DNA of 64,000 bases from Blastocystis sp. Blastoise (lineage: Eukaryota > Protista > Bigyra: Opalinata): NCBI GenBank assembly GCA_039096225.1, contig JBBPEB010000034.1, forward strand, positions 1 through 64,000, in the 5' to 3' direction. The notes beneath the pieces were generated by a model. That model worked only from the letters and a program-made list of their open reading frames with translations. It was not told the origin of the DNA and made no database searches. Within the stretch, counting starts at the first letter, position 1; each line of letters starts with the position of its first letter. The translations under genes and the position numbers were made by a program. Shown one piece after another: positions 30,583-42,200 of the stretch.

Positions 30583-33500
30583 ATGAGGATATTTTATCTA
30601 CTCTTATTCATCTATACTACATGTTTAGCAGTGAATTCTGGAAAGAAATTAGGTTTGTTTTTTCAATTCTCTCTTTTCTTAAATTATTCCACATAATTGA
30701 ATAGGTAAATCAAGAGAATTGCCTGTACAAGATTGTATGATAAAACAAGGAGGTGATTATTATTTTGATTCTGAGTATGTTTGGATAGGAAAAGATCGTG
30801 ATGAAGTTTATCTTGTATGTATTGATATATAAATAGAATTCTAGAATCATTTATAAATTTATTTAGACTTATTGTTATCATTTTCAAGGTCAAATGTGGG
30901 AAATGTTTTATTCGAATACCAATAATGACTTTATAACAGATAAACGAAGTTATATAGAACATATATCGGATCCTACAGGCTTTAAGAACATAGAGAATAA
31001 TTCATTCAGAGATTACGACGTAATTGGTATGATTTTTATAATATATATTTGTTTCGATAAATATAAAATTTATGATTCTTATCATCATATTTATCTATAA
31101 AAAATAAATATAAATTAAAAATATATTTCTATAGGTTCCCTTCCTATTTCGTTATTGCCAGGAACCTCGTTAAAGTTGTTAATATTGAATATAAATGGTT
31201 GGTCTGATGATGAATATTTCATAATGACTTTTCAAAAGTATTCTACATTTAATGAATTCATAACAAATCAATGGCCTTATGAATCTTGTCAATCACTTCC
31301 TGGAGGTGAATATATAGAAATACAAACAAAATCAGTTACTTATAAGTATATATATATTATTGATTATTATTATTTATTTATATAGAGTATATGCATTATA
31401 TGTTGATGAGAAAGGATTTGGTATTCGTGATTGTATTATTCATTATACAGATAATTTTATTACAAAACAACCTTCAAATTATCCAAAGTATATTTTTTTA
31501 TTTATTTATTCATTTATAATATATATATATATATAGATATATATATTCAAATTTATATTCAAAAGAAGATAGAGTAGAAACAGTATGTGATAAAGTGAAT
31601 GATTATGCTGATAATAATATTCGAATTTTTGTTGCTACTTCTCGTATATATTTATATATATATATAATGAATATAATTCTATATAGCTATAATATATACA
31701 ATGAGTACCTATTATGATTATACTGCTGCAGGAGATGGATGTTGTTTCGTAGAGGATATTACTGATGATTTCCATAATAATGAAGTGATTTCTCGATTAT
31801 GCTGGTTAGATCCCCAAGGGAATACTGACTTTCAGAAATGGGGAAGTTCTAAAGAAACTGGATTCGTTGAATCAGAACTCAATGATTATGATCTTCCTGT
31901 GTATATATATATTATATATTTTTTTTATTCTTCTTTTTTATTCTTCTTTTTATAGTGCCTCTTTGAATTCTACATATTCTACCTTCAATACATGGTTTAC
32001 AGAAAGTAATAATTCTTATTCTTTTTCTTTTCCTCTTATTGGTATTATGGGTACCAAAAACCTTCTTACTCTTAACTAGTATATATATATTCTATATATA
32101 TTCTATACCTTCTAGTCCTACTTATTTTCCTTTAACAGATGTAAAAGGAGGATATGCATTAAGTCCAATAGAAGAATATATTGGTAAGAAATGTTGGTTT
32201 ACTATGAAAACAAATCTATTCTTCTTGTATATTGTTATTATTTTATATTTATATATTATTATATATTTAGATATGAGAATAGAACAGATCAATTTATAGA
32301 TTTTGAAACGAATAATGGATTATGGGTTTTTATTAATAAACATTTATTCTTAGATTATGGAGGGTATATATAATATATATTATATATTATTATTATTATA
32401 TATATAGTTATAATACTCCAGTTGGTTCTCATGTTAATATAACGAATTATGCAGATAAATTAGGTCTTATTCCTGGAATCACCTATTCTATATCTATATT
32501 CTTTGCTTCTAGAACATGTGGAACTCAATCAAGTATATATATAATAATAATAATAAAAATAATATTATTATTATTCTATAGATTCTATATCTCGTTTTAT
32601 AACTCAAACGAATTTGACATTTCTCTGTGATGCTCCTCTTCTCTCTAAAGTAGTTTTTATGATTATTGATAAAGAAGATACTACAACTATACCGAATATG
32701 AATAGTAGTATTAATCTCTCTGGAAATAGTTATAGTAGTACTTTAAACAGTGAAGGAGAAAATCCTTATTATTGTACAAGAGATTTCAAAAATATTCTTA
32801 TTCAACAACAAGTATATTTATATATTTATCATTATATATATATATTTAGACTGTATCTCTTAATAAAACATCAATATTTGGATATCATATTTATATGTAT
32901 GAAATTCTTCAATTTAAATCAAATATCTATTTAGGTATATATATACTAAATATATATTATATATATATAGAATCCATATCTCCATTTTGTATTCTTCTTC
33001 ATCCTTATATACAATACTCTTCTTCTACTCCTGTAATAAACCCTGATATTCCTTATAATAATATACTTCAATCTCGATGTTTCTCTCAAACTAATTCTTA
33101 TATATTCTTCTTTAATGAAAATAGTATATAAATATATAATAATATTAATAATAATAAATATATAGTTCTTCAAGTATATTTACCTGGTGATACTCCTCCT
33201 ACAATGAAATCTCCTTCTATAATCACTTCAGTATCCTATTCCTTCTATAATAATGGACAATTAACTCTACAGTTGATCTCTAGATATAATCAACTTCATC
33301 TCTATCTCTCTAATAAACATACTCTCAATATCAATCTTGTATTATTCTATATATTATTATTATTATTATTATATTTATAGGATTCTGTCTCTCATCTATC
33401 ATCAGGATATTATTTAGAAATTATTTCACCAGAAAATGTATATATTAATTATAATAATAATATAATTATATTGAATAGGGTATCCAATTGATATCTCCTA

Positions 33501-34392
33501 CAGTATCAACGATTCCTTTGACTTCTACTACTATTACTCCTTCTGAATATCCTCTCTTCTTCACGAGTACTGCAGGATCTATATATTCACTTCAATTATT
33601 CCTTAATAGTCGATGTGGACAAATACCTATAGATATCGATCTCGAACAACGAATTAAAGTCACTTTTATTAGTGATCGAAAGGGTATATTTATTATTTAT
33701 ATTTATTTATTATTCTATATATATATATAGTTCCATCTCTTCCTACATATACCTTCTCCTATCTTTCTTCTTCTTCTCTTTATTTATATTTAAAAGCTAT
33801 CTATGTAGCTATATATGATATTTATATAACAGTAGATGGTATTCCTATTCATTATTCTCCATTTTTATCTGCATGGACAGTAACTCATGGTTCTCTTCTT
33901 CCTTCAAATACTATTTTTATACCACCAAATAAAACTACTACTGTTGGTATTATTCGTATATATTTATTTTATTTATATAATAATAATAATAATATATATA
34001 TAGATGATTTTGAAATATATTTTCGTGATGAATATAATAATACAGTTCCTACAACATTATTTACAGGAACAATTCTATTAAATACAGATCAATCTTATTT
34101 CTTTACTTCAAAAGAAGGTATTTTATATATTTATTATTTATTATTATATATATAGATCCATTACATGAAAAATTAATATATCAATTTGTTTCTTATACTT
34201 CAGAATCTGTTTATTTTAGATGGATGTAAATATATATAATAATAATAATAATACTATTTTTTTATAGTGTGAATGGTTTATCTGTGATTAATACTCCATT
34301 CCAATTATCAGTATATAGTGATGTTCCTTCTTATCTCTACTCTTCTATCTCTACTATCTATTCAATTATTCCTTTATATAGAAGTGTTGATG

Positions 34393-34427
<35 letters not shown>

Positions 34428-37400
34428 TATATAGTTTACATTAATAGTAAGAGATCGTTATTATAATTTAGTGAATCAGAATAATTTTATAATAAAATTA
34501 TATGTAACATCTTCAGAAGGATTTGATATTCCTTTATTTCCAGGGGAATCCGATCAATTCTTTAGTTATAGAATCACTATGGATTCTACTTCACAATATA
34601 CATTATCCATTCGTTTCTTTCGTGAGATTTCTGAAGGTCATTTATATGTACGTCTTCTCAATAAAGAAGAAGAAGATATTGATACAATTAATTCTTATAT
34701 ATATTGTACTATTCAAAGTAGAATTAGTCCTAATGATTGCTCGAAAACTGAAATCTATATATCCTTTTATTTTATTTTATATTATATTCTCTCAATAATA
34801 TTATATATATTTCTTAATTCTACTTTTTTCAAGGTTTTCTATTGATTTTTAGTATTTACAACAAAACTAAGACAACTGAAAATTTTTAAGTTTTCAAAAA
34901 CAGAAGCCTGAAAATTTAAAATTTTCAAGGCTTTGAAAATTCTTGAGAAAAAGAACTGCTTTTTTTGACGTCGACCTGGGAGCTTATTTGAATAGTAATA
35001 GTACTATTTTCAAAATGGCAATCATTAAAGACGTATTTTAATTCATCATTTATACTATTAGCTTCTTTTTTCTTTATAGTATAGGCATCAGCAGATACAT
35101 TCTTCTTCGGCGAGCACACAAAGGTCTTCTTGGAGATTTCTAACCTACGTGACAACGAATTATGAACATACTGGTTAGCTACAGAGGCTGACTTCCATCT
35201 TCCCTGTACCATTAGTTCTTCTGTCGTGGCTCCATTCTCAGCAGCTAGGCTGGCCATTGTTCTACGAAAGCAGTGACCAGTGAAGCTATCAGCATTAGGT
35301 AGGTTAAGGTAAGTAGCTATTCTTCTTGGCCAATTACCAATTGTCTTCTCTCCAGTAGATTTGCAGCAGAAGTGGTTCTCAATTATCAACGGAAACAAGG
35401 GTCCTTCTTCATTAGTATCCAGCTTGCTATAGTATTCTTTTAGTATATTTCCCATCTTTACATTCCCTTCTTCTATAGGTACTATTCCATCAAATCCAAC
35501 TCCATTCTGGTCAGTCTTACTTCTTTCAACGTTAATAGCAACATGGTCATCAAAAATCTATATAAAAGGTATATATATATAATATAATCATACTGTTATG
35601 TTCTTCTTTTTTAACCTATATATTTCTATATGTCTCAAACCACTGTAAATGGTAATGATTAGGCACACCTTGAGTTGAAGGAGAGATAGGTCTTCATCAT
35701 AAGGAGCATTCAGGAATTGGCGGCAGTTATCATCTGATAGGACAGCACTCTTCTTTGGTGGTGGAAGGTTCTTAGCATGGTTCCTAAGTGATCCTTTTAT
35801 TCTTTCAGCAGTTACCTTGTTAACGTAGTGGTTTTCCTTGAATGTAATCATCTTATATAGGCCAGTAAGCTTGGACGTAATGGTATTGGCCCTCATTGGT
35901 AGATCTATAAGATACTGTATATATGATTCTAATACCTTATCTATATCTAATTCATGTTTAGGATCATGTAATGATCGGTAATTCTGGAACTCATTGTACC
36001 ATATCTCATATCGATGACCACTTTTAAGTGGTATAACACTAACTAAAGGTTTCATTTCAGCCATTTGATGATTATGATGGAAAAATAAAAAATGGCGGTC
36101 TTTTAAAGTATATTATTATTTATGTTTAGTTATTTAATTTGTTTTGTTTTATTATTATATTTATACACAACAGTACAGTTATTAAAGACAGTTACTAATA
36201 ATATCATTAAAAAAATGTGTAGTTATTTAATGAAATATTATGATAAATATAGAAATACTAATATATATTATATATATATTACAAATATATATATATATTC
36301 AATATAAATTAGAACAAATCGTTATTATATCAAAAATGGTCAAACTCAAGTATTGAATAGATGAATACTCATAAAATGTTTCTAACATTCACCTGATATG
36401 ACTAGTAAATTGTATTAGTATTTATAGTTTATAACAAAAAGTGTAGAGACAGTCTAGAATGAGTTATTTTTCCAGAGTATGGTTAAAAATGAATTTTAAT
36501 AAAAGATTTAAAACAAATGTTTCAATAATTAATGCAAAATTTATATCATTTATTAATATAATTAATAATTTCAATTATTACATATAATTAGGATATGTTT
36601 ATAGTTGTATATATATAATATATAAAAATGAATAAAACAATATAAAACCAATTGAAAAAACATCTTTCAGAAGTTCTTAAAGAATGTGTAATATTTCAGT
36701 GTCTTAATTTTGATTGATTTCCCTACGGGAAATACAACCAAAATATAAAACACTGAAAATTACACAATTTTCAAGAAACTACCTGAAATATACTATTACA
36801 GTCCTATTAGTTTTGCAGGTACATTAACGTATATGTATATATATACAAGAGATATATATGATGATGGATATTGTTTAGATAATCGAAGAGATAAATATAA
36901 AGTGTATATTAAAGGTGATGGAGAAGTATATATATATTTATTTAATAAATTATTATTATATATAGTATACTCAGAAATCCTTTTATTCATTTTCAACATC
37001 TCCTTCTCTTGATATATATACACAAGAATATCAATATACTTCTATTTGTCCTCTTTATACATTTATTCAATTACCTTCAAAAGTTAGAAATATAACTGTG
37101 AAAATAGATTGTTTATCTGAAGATAATATTTGGTCCTCTTTAGAATGGAATATCACTACTATACCTTCTACTGAAATGTATATTATTTTTATTATTATTC
37201 TCTTATATATATATAGTACATCTACAATTCAAGTAACTCATGATTCTCTTTATACTGCTGGTGATACTATTCCTATAAACATCAAATTCTTTGATATGTA
37301 ATTCTTTTATTATTCATATATATATTATTTATAGATATAATAATTCAGTAATTAATTTACAAAGTGTATATAAAATATGTGATTATAGTTATGTAGAAGG

Positions 37401-39195
37401 TATATTTAAATATATATATAATTTGAATTTAATTTTATATAGATCGAAATACTTATTATGATGTTATGAATCCAGATTCAATAAGTCTTCTTAGTACATG
37501 TTCTATACCTGCTAAAGTATCAGGATTCCATAAGATTTCATTGATTACATTAGTTTCTGGAAATATCTATGATTCTTATCTAAGTAAATATATTTTTATT
37601 TATATAATATATCTATTATCTATAATAGCTGTTGTTCCTGGTACTCTTTATATTGCTCATACTGATATTCATGGGACTGGAATTGAATTTGTTTCTTATT
37701 GTGATTCTACTAATATTTCTATTTGTGGAGATATCTATATGAATTTAAAAGTATTTATTTATTATATATTTTATATATTTATAATAGGATGAATATTTTA
37801 ATTCATTGAATGCTACATATTATATTGAAGAAGGTGGATATTCAAAAGAAGATCCTTCTTTTTCTATATATAATCATGAAGGAGAATATATTGATATAGA
37901 TATTCGACGAGCTGATACTTTAGAAGATACTCCTTTTACTGTAGATAAACATATACTCAATAATACGTATATTTAATATTATTATTATTTATTATTTATT
38001 TATAGTATTCATATTCATTATATTGTTGAAATGTCTTCTATTATTGGTCTTACTGAATCAGAATATCCTTATTTATATATACGTCTATTCTTTCAAAATA
38101 AACAAGATAATCTATTCTCTAAAGATATTCCTATTACTCTATCTTCTCTTCCTTATTCTCTATTCATGTATATTATATAATTTATTTTTTTAATTATTTT
38201 ATATATATTTATAGATTAACATCTCCTCTTAAATTTCATGTATCATCGATATTAAATGTCAATTTAGAAACTGATCCATTCTTTTTATTTCAAATATTTG
38301 ATGAAAATCAACATATTATTACGGGTCAACAATCTAATCTTAAATGGATAAATATAGATGAAGATTATTATGATGGAATCATGTATATAGTTGAAACTAC
38401 ATCACCTGGTACTTATAAATATCCTTTTATATATATATATATTAATAATAATAATTAAATAATATTATTTTCTTTAATCTATATACAACTATACCTCATC
38501 TTCCTACTGCTCGTAATTATACGTTTATATTATTATATAATAATATGCCTATATTGGATACATCAGTGACAATTACTACATTCACATGTTTAAAGTATTC
38601 TTTATCATCAACCTATTCAGGAACATTCAGTATGGGATTTGTACCTGAAATAAGAAGAGAATTAGATGTTATTGTTAAAGATATTCATAATAATGAAATG
38701 TATATTTATTTTTTTTTATTAATATTATTATTATATAGTCCTATTCCTCTAAATCAACAATTCAATTTAACTTCTTCTCCTCCTCTTCTCTATTCTTATA
38801 CTCTCAATAATAATCATATCCATGTATATATATAATAATAATATATAATTAATATATTATATATATAGTTTCTAATAGATTCTCCTCTTCATCTTTCTTC
38901 TTTTCGAGATCTATATACAATTACTATTTCTACATCCTTTGAAGATCAACCCTATATAGAAATACTTACTACCACTACTTATGCTTATCCTAATATGAGT
39001 ATATATATAATATATAATATATAATATATAATAATATAATTATATAGATCTTCTTGGATCTCCTTCTTATTTACTTTGTCCTGATGAATTAACTACAGGA
39101 ATAGAATTTAATTGTACATTTCATCCACGAGATATTTATGGTAATGATATTAATCCTACTTATATTCAACCATTCTTAAAATCAACATGTATATA

Positions 39196-39229
<34 letters not shown>

Positions 39230-42200
39230 AAGTGATTGATTCTAAGGGTAATAATCTTAATGTATGTGATTTACCTTATTGCACAGGGAATAAACCAGCT
39301 ATCTTTGTTTTTGATCATAATACTATTTATACAAAGTATATATTATATATATTATTATTATATTATATAGAATGTATTATATTGATGCTGATACATATAC
39401 GATAACATTTTCTCTTGAGCAAGTTCATTATGAACAACAATTTCAATTGATTATTTCTCCATCAATTATGGACCCTCAACAATCATTTATTCATTTCCCT
39501 TCTAATAATAATCCTATTCCTGTTCCTAATTATGAAGATTATGGAAAAAATGGTATTTATTATATATATTATTTTATTATATATATAGAATTATTAGATG
39601 ATGAAGGAATCAATAAAAGTATATATATATATTTATTATAGTTATTATTTATATATATAGCTTATATAGCTGGTAATCAAATTTTCATTCATGTTCATCT
39701 CTTTGATATATCTTTTATATTATATATATTATATTATATTATTATATAAATAAATATTTTCTTAATAATCACTCCTTTAATAATACAATAGAAGAAGATA
39801 TATCAAAAGAATTATATATAGAAATATATAAGAATGAAACTCGTATAGAAACTGATAGGTATATATATTTATTATTATTATAATTATTATATAGTTATGC
39901 AATATTAATTTATGGAAATGTATATGTATTTTCGTTATATTTATATACAATTGGAAACTATGATATATATGTAAAACGATCAGGAGTAGCTTTATTGGTA
40001 TATTGATTATATTATTATATTCTATATATATATGAATAGAATTCTCCAATACAAGCTATTATAATACCATCAGAAGCTACTTCCTATATATATTCCTGTT
40101 CTCCCTTAGAGAATGAAGATAAGTTACCTGATGAATTATGTAGTATACATGGATTAAGAGAAAATGTATATATTTATATATTACATTATATATTATATTA
40201 TATATTAATAGACAAAAGGATCATTCTTATTATCTACTGTAGATATATATGGGAATCCTGTATATACCTATTTTGACACAAATCTATTCTCTATGGCTAT
40301 TACATCTTCTGTATATATATATAATATATATTATTATTATTATTATTATTCTATATAGTCGAATACAATGTTTATTCCACCTCATTTGACTGTTCAATTA
40401 TATGATAAAGAACTTGGTATATATATAATAATATAATATAAAATAATATTTATATATAGGTCAATATTTGATAATCTATAATGATTTAACTTCTACTCAT
40501 CCTGGAAATTATATCCTATTTATATATATATATAAATATATTTAAAAAAATAAAAATTATTTTCTTTAATGAGTATACTAACTGAATATACACTTCAATT
40601 ATATTATAATTCAACTTCTCCTTTTCCATTATTAAAGATTCAACTCTATCCAGCACAAATCAGATATCAATCTACAAGTATTCTTATTATTAAAATAAAT
40701 AAATAATATATAGTCCTTAAGAATGATGATTGTGAACGTGTGAATACAACTTGTTATATATATGTATATCTTTATGATATATATGAACGTCCAATAGAAT
40801 TTGATGCCTATTCTATTTCTATTGAAATGGATGTATCACTGGATATAGAGGGTGATGGAAATCCTATTCTTCATACTGAACTATTCCCTTGTATATTTAT
40901 AAAGGATTTCTATACTTGTGAATATAAATTAATCTATTCTGGTGATTATATATATTATCCTATTATTAATAATCATCCATATCTTCAATATCATTATCTA
41001 TATCCTTTATATTATATATAATATAATTATAAAAATATATAATATCTCTATATATTTCTTAATAAACTTACTTCTCTTTCTCCTTTAGAACCTGAATATA
41101 CAAATACATATATATCATTTATTTCAGAGAGTACTTCTCTATATACAGATGTGACTATGATTATTAAGATTCGTGATGCATTAGGGAATTTATTAGATAT
41201 TAATACATCTAATAAAACTCTATTTGCTATTATTACTCTTGATTCAAGTGGAAAACAAAGATCTGTATGATTTCATATATATTTAATAATAATTATTTCA
41301 TAAAATTTCAATATAGCTTCGATTGACTATTCCTTTCAAATCTCAGACTCCTTATATACATAGTTTAACTATATTATCTCCTTTATATGGTTATGGATCT
41401 ATAGATTTTTATTTAACAGATATTACTTGGGATGATCTTACAAATACAGAAATCTATACAAAGATATTATTAGGTACTCAACCAAATCTTGTTTTCCTTC
41501 CTTCTTTATGTAAACAACATTCTTCTCTTAGTCCTTATATGTGTTATAATAATATGAATGGTAATTACATAAAGAATCCTATAGAATTCGTTGATAATGG
41601 ACAAACTATTCATTGTGTTTCTGATTGGAATGATTGTCATAATAGTCTTACTTGTCCTCTAGGAATGGAAGCTTGTATGAATCGTGAATCTGAAGATATT
41701 CTTATTGGTTGTCAACAAGATATTCATAATTGTACTTGTCATGGATATATATGTGAAAATGGAGCTTGTGTTGATAATTATATGAAGTATATAGATTGAT
41801 TTTATTTTTTTAACTAATATAATATAATATATATTTTTAGATGTCCTTCTTTTCCTATACATGATACAAATAAAGTAATATGTGTTGATGGAACAATAGC
41901 TATAAATAAGCAAATGTGTCCTCAACAAGTTCATTGTCCACCTTCTACAATTACTTGTGGAGATCTAGTTACTTGTGCAGTATCTATAGAAGAATGTAAT
42001 CAATATAAAAACTCTATTCAATGTCCTTCTTATGCTCCTATTTTATGTTGGGATAAAGTATTTTTTTATTATTATTTTATTATATTAATAAATAATATAT
42101 ATAAATAGAAAAGTTGTGTTATTGATCCAATTGAATGTCCTTCTCTTCGTTTTTGTCCTAAACCACTTATTTTATGTCCTGATGGAATGTGTACACATAA

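Larger units (their letters stand above)
34759..36793 (+). other. U12-type AT-AC intron 1, containing the YR element; proximal AC at 34822-34823, distal AC at 36792-36793
   Basis: 5'ss ATATCCTTTT at 34759; branch-like TTTCTTAAT at 34810-34818; phase 0; the distal AC gives the correct downstream frame. Confidence 0.7.
34821..36794 (-). mobile_element. Crypton-like tyrosine recombinase DNA element (~1.97 kb) in the giant gene
   Basis: Interrupts the host frame. 4-bp direct repeats TACT at 34821-34824 and 36791-36794, with imperfect inverted ends just inside (TTTTTCAAGGTTTTCT vs revcomp TATTTCAGGTAGTTTCT). Contains one YR gene and no RT/gag; coding part visibly GC-richer than host. Removing it restores a normal 65-nt AT-AC intron and in-frame KTEIY|YYSPISFAG. 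Confidence 0.85.

Noticed and set aside
34826-36775. 8-bp direct repeat TTTTCAAG as the element boundary
   Set aside because: The reconstructed empty site reads FFQETT-stop, so it does not restore the host frame.
34718-36818. Removal of the YR element as a GT-AG intron (GTAGAA...TTGCAG), which is in frame
   Set aside because: It would delete about 20 codons of the Ig-like repeat and ignores the strong ATATCCTT/branch-point signals; possible only as a cryptic event.
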